From the NCBI GenBank assembly GCA_032718475.1, contig JAUCBJ010007943.1:61046-125045 (forward strand): DNA of 64,000 nucleotides, written 5' to 3'. Numbering within the stretch: the first letter of the stretch is position 1; every line of letters begins with the position of its first letter. Source of the stretch: Nemertoderma westbladi (taxonomy: Eukaryota > Animalia > Xenacoelomorpha). Shown piece by piece: positions 45,001 to 57,000 of this stretch. The position numbers and the translations under genes were made by a program. The notes beneath the pieces were generated by a model. That model had not been told where the DNA came from. It was given only the letters and a program-made list of their open reading frames with translations, and did not search any database.

Positions 45001-48000
45001 TTTAACATAACCCCACATGAACTATGCCCACTCCATCTAACATAACCCCATATGAACTATGCTCACTCCATCGAACATAAACCCACCCCACATCTATATG
45101 TGCACTATTATATTACAGGGGTCCACACATGCCCAAGATCAACGAGGTTGCTAACATTGTCCGCTCCCTGGTCGACCAAGCACACGAGAAAGACAAAGCA
45201 AAGTTGGGACAAAGCCAAACTGGTGTGGGAACTGGTGGATCGAGGCCTAGTGGGTCGTCTACTGGTCTGCCAGTTGCATTCCTTCCTCTACCCGCAGCTC
45301 GTACCGGTCTTGTTATTGGTAAAGGTTCGTTGGTATATAAATAAACTTTAAGTCACTGGTACTTATATTTACCGGACCGTTTATAATTATTGGAACTTAA
45401 TTGACACTTTGTGGTGGTTTATGTTACCGTAAGTAAATCACTAATTGTTGGTAAGTGGTACATTTTTCTGTGACACAAATAGTTGGTGTAATATTAGTAT
45501 ATTTTTCGTTATAGGTGGCGACACAATAAAACGTATTAACAGAGACACCGGGGCATTCGTTGAGTGTGAGAACAACGCGGTAGCCCCACCTGGACACAGA
45601 CTGTTTAAAATCGTTGGGAGACCCGATCAGATAGAGCATGCGTGTCGGTATGTTGGGTGGGATAAACTACACCGATAGTAGGTTCATTACGTATAGGCTA
45701 TCTGTGACCATGGATAATACCATAGCTCTACTCCTTTACAACTACTCCGGAAATATTTAAAAACAATCTTTAACTCACTCTTTATATTTAGGAAACATTT
45801 AAATCATTCATATAATTATCATAGAAAGTCTATATTTCGTGTAAAGTTTTTAAATTCCTCGGAAAAAAACGTAGAGTTAATTAGTTTGAAATCATTATGT
45901 AAATATTCCTTTTGTTTAGGATAATGCGGGAGATTGCCCAAGTCCCTCACCCCCCGGGCCCCCCTGGTCCCCCTGCCCCCTTCTCTACGGGCGGCCCCCC
46001 GGCCCCGCCCGCAATCAACGCAGCCTACCCCCCATCCGCGCCCCCACACCCGTTCGGAGCGCCCCCTCCCGGTAAGTTGATATATTACTAGTTTTTCTAC
46101 AATTTATTGGCATCTTGGGAGAATGAGTGGGCTGTATATTATTATAATTATAGTTGGGCGCACTTTAGCAAAGTTGGCAGACTTCCAACCTGGAGGTCAC
46201 CAGTTCGATCCCACCTGGACGTAATTATGACTTTGTATTTACGTAATAGTTAAGTTGATGATAATTACCAAAGGTTGTGCGGTGAATGTATTTTATACAT
46301 TTGTATACTTTATAGTACGGCTATTATTATTAATTACCTTTAATAGGTTGTTAATGGAAACAAATTTCCATAAAAACCTTCCCTTAGTCATATAAACGTA
46401 AAATTATTGTCAGTTTCCGGTATTGATTCTATTGTGTGTTATTTAGTTGTAAACTTATCGTATTATTTTCCCTAGGCATTCACCTGGCGCCCATCCAGTA
46501 TCCCCCACCGGGAGCGCCCCCACACTCCCACAGCGGCCCCCCTCCGGGCCACTTTACTCCCATGGGGGCCCCGCCCACGCTTCTGGTGACCACGATCCCC
46601 CGCCCCCAACCGCCGCCCGAGATCAAAGTTCCCGAGCAGTGGCACCCCCCTACTGCGGTGTACCACGCCCTCCCCCAGCCCAGCGCGGCGGCCCCCCTGG
46701 GCAGCTACTCCCAACCGCCCCCTGGGTTTGCCGCAGCCCCCGCGCCCCAACCGGCCCCCGTATCGGCTCCCTCGGTCGTCTCAGTGCCGCACCCCCGTCC
46801 GCCCCCCGTGGCCCCCGCCGCGGTGCCCCCCGCCGCCCCCACAGCCGCCCCCAAGGAGGACCAGAAGGGTGTGGAATACGCCGCCCAGTGGGCCAAGTAC
46901 TACCGGGAGCAGGCGAACAAAGCGGAGGATGAGTCCCGTAAGAACCTGAGTCGAGGACAGCCGGACTACTCGTCGGCCTGGAGCGAGTACTACAGACAGC
47001 AGGCGGCCAAGGCTGAGGAGGAGGCGAGGAAGTACGAGGCGAGTAAGGTCGCGGCCCTGCAGACCTCCCATATGGGGGTGCCGGCCCCGACCTCGGTGCC
47101 AGGGCAACCGGACTACACAATGGCCTGGGTGGAGTACTTTATGCAGCAGGTGAGGCTTTCCGTCTATACCTTTATTTTTGTTTTCATGTTGACTTTATTA
47201 TGCCATCATATTGGTATCATAGCTGCTATGGAATCGAGTTCAATTGAACCAGAGCGTGATGTCGTATTGGCCCTCGTGTAACTTTGATATTTACGGACAC
47301 GAACAATGTGTGAAGAGACGTGGGGCGTGGGATGTTGACGTTTCGTGACAATTTGTGACGAAAAGGAGAGAGTGCTGGGGGGGGGGGGGGGGGGGGGGTT
47401 ATTAAAAGTGTTGGGGAGGGGGATTTATTAAAAATATATTTAATACTAAAATAATTACTCCGATTGTTTTAAAACATTAATTGTGTCTCTGGTTATATTT
47501 GTTGCACTCACTCTTTTTTTTTATATATTTATTGTCGTTTATAGGCGAATAAAGCGGAGGATGAGGCTCGCAAAGCTAAGGCCGAGGGCCGATCGGCCGA
47601 ATTTGCTGAACAATGGGCCGTCTATTACAGGAAGCAAGCAGATAGCGCAGCAGTCAGTGCAGGAGGTCAGTATGGTAGTTATAGTCATATCATAGATAGT
47701 TATGATAGCTATATATGCTGCATATGGTGTATAGTGTAGCTATATGTGTTATGATAGCTACACTGACTGATAGTTGTTGGACAACACGATGGTTGTCCAT
47801 AAACGTGGTCTTCCACCTTTGGGAGTCCATTGCTGTGCCATTGCTCATGTACCAGCTGAAGTTCAATATCGGTGCCATGAATCTTACTGACATGGACAAC
47901 ATGGACATCTTCTACCGCAAAACTCTGCGTGGCCTAATTCATCTCGGACCATATGTGAATAACTCCACTTTGCACAAATTATCTGGATGCAGCCCATTAT

Positions 48001-51000
48001 CCATGGTGGCACTGCGTTTCTGTGTTGGAACTCTGCTACGTACCCTAAATTGCCCCAGTCAGTCTCTCCAGCTGGGGTTCAGGTTGGCACTGTGTAGTAA
48101 TCTACATCGTTATACTCATTATAAGGGCATTTCCTCTGGCTACCGAACTGCAGTTTCCTTGTATGCCCTACCACGCCCCTTTTCTATTACAACATTTTAT
48201 TACTCAACGTCATCTGTTGTGTCACGGATTAGCACGAGTAATCCGACAGAGCGGGATAGAATTTCCGCTAACTTTATAAGCACTGTCTTCAACACAAGTG
48301 CTTTGAGTCTTGAGCAGAAACGCTCTCTCATACTAGAATACTTCAACGTAATTTAACGAGTATGAGTTCTGCCAATATACGTACTCTATGAGTTAGCTCA
48401 CCTCTACTGTTGCGGTCGGCTGATGGGCACGCACTGTTCATAAGTATGCTCCCTCCCATTACCCATTCCCAGTTGCTCGAACTAGAGCCTCTCCCCCTCT
48501 CTCTTTGTCTGGTGCTTTTACTATATATATATGCATTTTATTCTAGCCATGGTGCTATTTTACTTAATTTTAACTAATATAATACCGGTTCGCCCGGGCG
48601 TTGTGTTGAATGAATGAATGAATACATAGCTGGCTATCAGTCAGTGTAGGTCAGTGCGGTAGTTATAGTAGCTGGCTATCAGTCAGTGTAGGTCAGTGCG
48701 GTAGTTATAGTAGCTGGCTATCAGTCAGTGTAGGTCAGTGCGGTAGTTATAGTAGCTGGCTATCAGTCAGTGTAGGTCAGTGCGGTAGTTATAGTAGCTG
48801 GCTATCAGTCAGTGTAGGTCAGTGCGGTAGTTATAGTAGCTGGCTATCAGTCAGTGTAGGTCAGTGCGGTAGTTATAGTAGCTGGCTATCAGTCAGTGCG
48901 GTAGTTATAGTAGCTGGCTATCAGTCAGTGTAGGTCAGTGCGGTAGTTATAGTAGCTGGCTATCAGTCAGTGCGGTAGTTATAGTAGCTGGCTATCAGTC
49001 AGTGTAGGTCAGTGCGGTAGTTATAGTAGCTGGCTATCAGTCAGTGCGGTAGTTATAGTAGCTGGCTATCAGTCAGTGTAGGTCAGTGCGGTAGTTATAG
49101 TAGCTGGCTATCAGTCAGTGCGGTAGTTATAGTAGCTGGCTATCAGTCAGTGTAGGTCAGTGCGGTAGTTATAGTAGCTGGCTATCAGTCAGTGCGGTAG
49201 TTATAGTAGCTGGCTATCAGTCAGTGTAGGTCAGTGCGGTAGTTATAGTAGCTGGCTATCAGTCAGTGCGGTAGTTATAGTAGCTGGCTATCAGTCAGTG
49301 TAGGTCAGTGCGGTAGTTATAGTAGCTGGCTATCAGTCAGTGTAGGTCAGTGTGGTAGTTATAGTAGCTGGCTATCAGTCAGTGTAGGTCAGTGCGGTAG
49401 TTATAGTAGCTGGCTATCAGTCAGTGTAGGTCAGTGCGGTAGTTATAGTAGCTGGCTATCAGTCAGTGTAGGTCAGTGCGGTAGTTATAGTAGCTGGCTA
49501 TCAGTCAGTGCGGTAGTTATAGTAGCTGGCTATCAGTCAGTGTAGGTCAGTGCGGTAGTTATAGTAGCTGGCTATCAGTCAGTGCGGTAGTTATAGTAGC
49601 TGGCTATCAGTCAGTGTAGGTCAGTGCGGTAGTTATAGTAGCTGGCTATCAGTCAGTGCGGTAGTTATAGTAGCTGGCTATCAGTCAGTGTAGGTCAGTG
49701 CGGTAGTTATAGTAGCTGGCTATCAGTCCGTGTAGTAGGTTAGTGCGGTAGTTATAGTAGCTGGCTATCAGTCAGTGCGGTAGTTATAGTAGCTGGCTAT
49801 CAGTCAGTGTAGGTCAGTGCGGTAGTTATAGTAGCTGGCTATCAGTCAGTGTAGGTCAGTGCGGTAGTTATAGTAGCTGGCTATCAGTCCGTGTAGGTCA
49901 GTGCGGTAGTTATAGTAGCTGGCTATCAGTCAGTGCGGTAGTTATAGTAGCTGGCTATCAGTCAGTACGGTAGTTATAGTAGCTGGCTATCAGTCCGTGT
50001 AGGTCAGTGCGGTAGTTATAGTAGCTGGCTATCAGTCAGTGTAGGTCAGTGCGGTAGTTATAGTAGCTGGCTATCAGTCAGTGTAGGTCAGTGCGGTAGT
50101 TATAGTAGCTGGCTATCAGTCAGTGTAGGTCAGTGCGGTAGTTATAGTAGCTGGCTATCTGTCAGTGCGGTAGTTATAGTAGCTGGCTATCAGTCAGTGT
50201 AGGTCAGTGCGGTAGTATAGTAGCTGGCTATCAGTCAGTGTAGGTCAGTGCGGTAGTTATAGTAGCTGGCTATCAGTCAGTGCGGTAGTTATAGTAGCTG
50301 GTTATCAGTCAGTGTAGGTCAGTGCGGTAGTTATAGTAGCTGGCTATCAGTCAGTGTAGGTCAGTGCGGTAGTTATAGTAGCTGGCTATCAGTCAGTGCG
50401 GTAGTTATAGTAGCTGGCTATCAGTCAGTGTAGGTCAGTGCGGTAGTTATAGTAGCTGGCTATCAGTCAGTGTAGGTCAGTGCGGTAGTTATAGTAGCTG
50501 GCTATCAGTCAGTGCGGTAGTTATAGTAGCTGGCTATCAGTCAGTGTAGGTCAGTGCGGTAGTTATAGTAGCTGGCTATCGACGTAGCTGGCTATCAGTC
50601 CGTGTAGTAGGTTAGTGCGGTAGTTATAGTAGCTGGCTATCAGTCAGTGCGGTAGTTATAGTAGCTGGCTATCAGTCAGTGTAGGTCAGTGCGGTAGTTA
50701 TAGTAGCTGGCTATCAGTCAGTGCGGTAGTTATAGTAGCTGGCTATCAGTCAGTGTAGGTCAGTGCGGTAGTTATAGTAGCTGGCTATTAGTCCGTGTAG
50801 TAGGTTAGTGCGGTAGTTATAGTAGCTGGCTATCAGTCAGTGCGGTAGTTATAGTAGCTGGCGATCAGTCAGTGTAGGTCAGTGCGGTAGTTATAGTAGC
50901 TGGCTATCAGTCCGTGTAGGTCAGTGCGGTAGTTATAGTAGCTGGCTATCAGTCAGTGTAGGTCAGTGCGGTAGTTATAGTAGCTGGCTATCAGTCCGTG

Positions 51001-54000
51001 TAGGTCAGTGCGGTAGTTATAGTAGCTGGCTATCAGTCAGTGTAGGTCAGTACGGTAGTTATAGTAGCTGGCTATCAGTCCGTGTAGGTCAGTGCGGTAG
51101 TTATAGTAGCTGGCTATCAGTCAGTGCGGTAGTTATAGTAGCTGGCTATCAGTCAGTGTAGGTCAGTGCGGTAGTTATAGTAGCTGGCTATCAGTCAGTG
51201 CGGTAGTTATAGTAGCTGGCTATCAGTCAGTGCGGTAGTTATAGTAGCTGGCTATCAGTCAGTGCGGTAGTTATAGTAGCTGGCTATCAGTCAGTGTAGG
51301 TCAGTGCGGTAGTTATAGTAGCTGGCTATCAGTCAGTGCGGTAGTTATAGTAGCTGGCTATCAGTCAGTACGGTAGTTATAGTAGCTGGCTATCAGTCAG
51401 TGTAGGTCAGTGCGGTAGTTATAGTAGCTGGCTATCAGTCCGTGTAGGTCAGTGCGGTAGTTATAGTAGCTGGCTATCAGTCCGTGTAGGTCAGTGCGGT
51501 AGTTATAGTAGCTGGCTATCAGTCAGTGTAGGTCAGTGGGGTAGTTATAGTAGCTGGCTATCAGTCCGTGTAGGTCAGTGCGGTAGTTATAGTAGCTGGC
51601 TATCAGTCAGTGCGGTAGTTATAGTAGCTGGCTATCAGTCAGTGTAGGTCAGTGCGGTAGTTATAGTAGCTGGCTATCAGTCCGTGTAGGTCAGTGCGGT
51701 AGTTATAGTAGCTGGCTATCAGTCAGTGCGGTAGTTATAGTAGCTGGCTATCAGTCAGTGTAGGTCAGTGCGGTAGTTATAGTAACTGGCTATCTGTCCG
51801 TGTAGTCAGTGCGGTAGTTATAGTAGCTGGCTATCAGTCAGTGTAGTAGGTCAGTGCGGTAGTTATAGTAGCTGGCTATCAGTCAGTGTAGGTCAGTGTG
51901 GTAGTTATAGTAGCTGGCTATCAGTCAGTGTAGGTCAGTGCGGTAGTTATAGTAGCTGGCTATCAGTCCGTGTAGTAGGTCAGTGCGGTAGTTATAGTAG
52001 CTGGCTATCAGTCAGTGTAGGTCAGTGCGGTAGTTATAGTAGCTGGCTATCAGTCAGTGTAGGTCAGTGTGGTAGTTATAGTAGCTGGCTATCAGTCCGT
52101 GTAGTAGGTCAGTGCGGTAGTTATAGTAGCTGGCTATCAGTCAGTGTAGGTCAGTGTGGTAGTTATAGTATCTGGCTATCAGTCAGTGTAGGTCAGTGCG
52201 GTAGTTATAGTAGCTGGCTATCAGTCAGTGTAGGTCAGTGTGGTAGTTATAGTAGCTGGCTATCAGTCCGTGTAGTAGGTCAGTGCGGTAGTTATAGTAG
52301 CTGGCTATCAGTCCGTGTAGGTCAGTGCGGTAGTTATAGTAGCTGGCTATCAGTCAGTGCGGTAGTTATAGTAGCTGGCTATCAGTCAGTGTAGGTCAGT
52401 GCGGTAGTTATAGTAGCTGGCTATCAGTCAGTGTAGGTCAGTGCGGTAGTTATAGTAGCTGGCTATCAGTCCATGTAGGTCAGTGTGGTAGTTATAGTAG
52501 CTGGCTATCAGTCAGTGCGGTAGTTATAGTAGCTGGCTATCAGTCAGTGTAGGTCAGCGCGGTAGTTATAGTAGCTGGCTATCAGTCCGTGTAAGTCAGT
52601 GCGGTAGTTAAAGTAGCTGGCTATCAGTCCGTGTAGGTCAGTGTGGTAGTTATAGTAGCTGGCTATCAGTCAGTGCGGTAGTTATAATAGCTGGCTATCA
52701 GTCAGTACGGTAGTTATAGTAGCTGGCTATCAGTCAGTGTAGGTCAGTGCGGTAGTTATAGTAGCTGGCTATCAGTCAGTGTAGGTCAGCGCGGTAGTTA
52801 TAGTAGCTGGCTATCAGTCAGTGTAGGTCAGTGCGGTAGTTATAGTAGCTGGCTATCAGTCAGTGTAGGTCAGTGCGGTAGTTATAGTAGCTGGCTATCA
52901 GTCAGTGTAGTTCAGTGCGGTAGTTATAGTAGCTGGCTATCAGTCAGTGTAGGTCAGTGCGGTAGTTATAGTAGCTGGCTATCAGTCAGTGCGGTAGTTA
53001 TAGTAGCTGGCTATCAGTCAGTGCGGTAGTTATAGTAGCTGGTTATCAGTCAGTACGGTAGTTATAGTAGCTGGCTATCAGTCCGTGTAGTAGGTTAGTG
53101 CGGTAGTTATAGTAGCTGGCTATCAGTCAGTGCGGTAGTTATAGTAGCTGGCTATCAGTCAGTGTAGGTCAGTGCGGTAGTTATAGTATCTGGCTATCAG
53201 TCAGTGCGGTAGTTATAGTAGCTGGCTATCAGTCAGTGTAGGTCAGTGCGGTAGTTATAGTAGCTGGCTATCAGTCAGTGCGGTAGTTATAGTAGCTGGC
53301 TATCAGTCAGTGTAGGTCAGTGCGGTAGTTATAGTAGCTGGCTATGAGTCAGTGCGGTAGTTATAGTACCTGGCTATCAGTCAGTGTAGGTCAGTGCGGT
53401 AGTTATAGTAGCTGGCTATCAGTCAGTGCGGTAGTTATAGTAGCTGGCTATCAGTCAGTGTAGGTCAGTACGGTAGTTATAGTAGCTGGCTATCAGTCAG
53501 TGTAGGTCAGTACGGTAGTTATAGTAGCTGGCTATCAGTCAGTGTAGGTCAGTGCGGTAGTTATAGTAGCTGGCTATCAGTCCGTGTAGGTCAGTGCGGT
53601 AGTTATAGTAGCTGGCTATCAGTCAGTGCGGTAGTTATAGTAGCTGGCTATCAGTCAGTGTAGGTCAGTGCGGTAGTTATAGTAGCTGGCTATCAGTCCG
53701 TGTAGGTCAGTTCGGTAGTTATAGTAGCTGGCTATCAGTCAGTGCGGTAGTTATAGTAGCTGGCTATCAGTCAGTGTAGGTCAGTGCGGTAGTTATAGTA
53801 GCTGGCTATCAGTCCGTGTAGGTCAGTGCGGTAGTTATAGTAGCTGGCTATCAGTCAGTGTAGTAGGTCAGTGCGGTAGTTATAGTAGCTGGCTATCAGT
53901 CAGTGTAGGTCAGTGTGGTAGTTATAGTAGCTGGCTATCAGTCAGTGTAGGTCAGTGCGGTAGTTATAGTAGCTGGCTATCAGTCCGTGTAGTAGGTCAG

Positions 54001-57000
54001 TGCGGTAGTTATAGTAGCTGGCTATCAGTCTGTGTAGGTCAGTGTGGTAGTTATAGTAGCTGGCTATCAGTCAGTGTAGGTCAGTGCGGTAGTTATAGTA
54101 GCTGGCTATCAGTCCGTGTAGGTCAGTGCGGTAGTTATAGTAGCTGGCTATCAGTCAGTGCGGTAGTTATAGTAGCTGGTTATCAGTCAGTACGGTAGTT
54201 ATAGTAGCTGGCTATCAGTCCGTGTAGTAGGTTAGTGCGGTAGTTATAGTAGCTGGCTATCAGTCAGTGCGGTAGTTATAGTAGCTGGCTATCAGTCAGT
54301 GTAGGTCAGTGCGGTAGTTATAGTAGCTGGCTATCAGTCAGTGCGGTAGTTATAGTAGCTGGCTATCAGTCAGTGTAGGTCAGTGCGGTAGTTATAGTAG
54401 CTGGCTATCAGTCAGTGCGGTAGTTATAGTAGCTGGCTATCAGTCAGTGTAGGTCAGTGCGGTAGTTATAGTAGCTGGCTATGAGTCAGTGCGGTAGTTA
54501 TAGTACCTGGCTATCAGTCAGTGTAGGTCAGTGCGGTAGTTATAGTAGCTGGCTATCAGTCAGTGCGGTAGTTATAGTAGCTGGCTATCAGTCAGTGTAG
54601 GTCAGTACGGTAGTTATAGTAGCTGGCTATCAGTCAGTGTAGGTCAGTACGGTAGTTATAGTAGCTGGCTATCAGTCAGTGTAGGTCAGTGCGGTAGTTA
54701 TAGTAGCTGGCTATCAGTCCGTGTAGGTCAGTGCGGTAGTTATAGTAGCTGGCTATCAGTCAGTGCGGTAGTTATAGTAGCTGGCTATCAGTCAGTGTAG
54801 GTCAGTGCGGTAGTTATAGTAGCTGGCTATCAGTCCGTGTAGGTCAGTTCGGTAGTTATAGTAGCTGGCTATCAGTCAGTGCGGTAGTTATAGTAGCTGG
54901 CTATCAGTCAGTGTAGGTCAGTGCGGTAGTTATAGTAGCTGGCTATCAGTCCGTGTAGGTCAGTGCGGTAGTTATAGTAGCTGGCTATCAGTCAGTGTAG
55001 TAGGTCAGTGCGGTAGTTATAGTAGCTGGCTATCAGTCAGTGTAGGTCAGTGTGGTAGTTATAGTAGCTGGCTATCAGTCAGTGTAGGTCAGTGCGGTAG
55101 TTATAGTAGCTGGCTATCAGTCCGTGTAGTAGGTCAGTGCGGTAGTTATAGTAGCTGGCTATCAGTCAGTGTAGGTCAGTGTGGTAGTTATAGTAGCTGG
55201 CTATCAGTCAGTGTAGGTCAGTGCGGTAGTTATAGTAGCTGGCTATCAGTCCGTGTAGGTCAGTGCGGTAGTTATAGTAGCTGGCTATCAGTCAGTGCGG
55301 TAGTTATAGTAGCTGGCTATCAGTCCGTGTAGGTCAGTGCGGTAGTTATAGTAGCTGGCTATCAGTCAGTGTAGTAGGTCAGTGCGGTAGTTATAGTAGC
55401 TGGCTATCAGTCAGTGTAGGTCAGTGTGGTAGTTATAGTAGCTGGCTATCAGTCAGTGTAGTAGGTCAGTGCGGTAGTTATAGTAGCTGGCTATCAGTCA
55501 GTGCGGTAGTTACAGTAGCTGGCTATCAGTCAGTGTAGGTCAGTGCGGTAGTTATAGTAGCTGGCTATCAGTCCGTGTAGGTCAGTGCGGTAGTTATAGT
55601 AGCTGGCTATCAGTCAGTGTAGTAGGTCAGTGCGGTAGTTATAGTAGCTGGCTATCAGTCAGTGTAGGTCAGTGTGGTAGTTATAGTAGCTGGCTATCAG
55701 TCAGTGTAGGTCAGTGCGGTAGTTATAGTAGCTGGCTATCAGTCAGTACGGTAGTTATAGTAGCTGGCTATCAGTCAGTGTAGGTCAGTGCGGTAGTTAT
55801 AGTAGCTGGCTATCAGTCAGTGCGGTAGTTATAGTAGCTGGCTTTCAGTCAGTGTAGGTCAGTGCGGTAGTTATAGTAGCTGGCTATCAGTCAGTGTAGG
55901 TCAGTGCGGTAGTTATAGTAGCTGGCTATCAGTCAGTACGGTAGTTATAGTAGCTGGCTATCAGTCAGTGTAGGTCAATGCGGTAGTTATAGTAGCTGGC
56001 TATCATATCAGTCAGTGTAGGTCAGTGCGGTAGTTATAGTAGCTGGCTATCAGTCAGTGTAGGTCAGTGCGGTAGTTATAGTAGCTGGCTATCAGTCAGT
56101 GTAGGTCAGTGCGGTAGTTATAGTAGCTGGCTATCAGTCAGTGTAGGTCAGTGCGGTAGTTATAGTAGCTGGCTATCAGTCCGTGTAGGTCAGTGCGGTA
56201 GTTATAGTAGCTGGCTATCAGTCAGTGTAGTAGGTCAGCGCGCTAGTTATAGTAGCTGGCTTTCAGTCAGTGTAGGTCAGTGCGGTAGTTATAGTAGCTG
56301 GCTATCAGTCAGTGTAGGTCAGTGCGGTAGTTATAGTAGCTGGCTATCAGTCAGTGTAGGTCAGTGCGGTAGTTATAGTAGCTGGCTATCAGTCCGTGTA
56401 GGTCAGTGCGGTAGTTATAGTAGCTGGCTATCAGTCAGTGTAGGTCAGTGCGGTAGTTATAGTAGCTGGCTATCAGTCCGTGTAGGTCAGTGCGGTAGTT
56501 ATAGTAGCTGGCTATCAGTCAGTGCGGTAGTTATAGTAGCTGGCTATCAGTCCGTGTAGGTCAGTGCGGTAGTTATAGTAGCTGGCTATCAGTCAGTGTA
56601 GTAGGTCAGTGCGGTAGTTATAGTAGCTGGCTATCAGTCAGTGTAGGTCAGTGTGGTAGTTATAGTAGCTGGCTATCAGTCAGTGTAGTAGGTCAGTGCG
56701 GTAGTTATAGTAGCTGGCTATCAGTCAGTGCGGTAGTTACAGTAGCTGGCTATCAGTCAGTGTAGGTCAGTGCGGTAGTTATAGTAGCTGGCTATCAGTC
56801 CGTGTAGGTCAGTGCGGTAGTTATAGTAGCTGGCTATCAGTCAGTGTAGTAGGTCAGTGCGGTAGTTATAGTAGCTGGCTATCAGTCAGTGTAGGTCAGT
56901 GTGGTAGTTATAGTAGCTGGCTATCAGTCAGTGTAGGTCAGTGCGGTAGTTATAGTAGCTGGCTATCAGTCAGTACGGTAGTTATAGTAGCTGGCTATCA

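Noticed and set aside
46155-46222. Functional tRNA-Gly(TCC) gene
   Set aside because: Acceptor, D and T stems do not pair; treated as a SINE-like relic.
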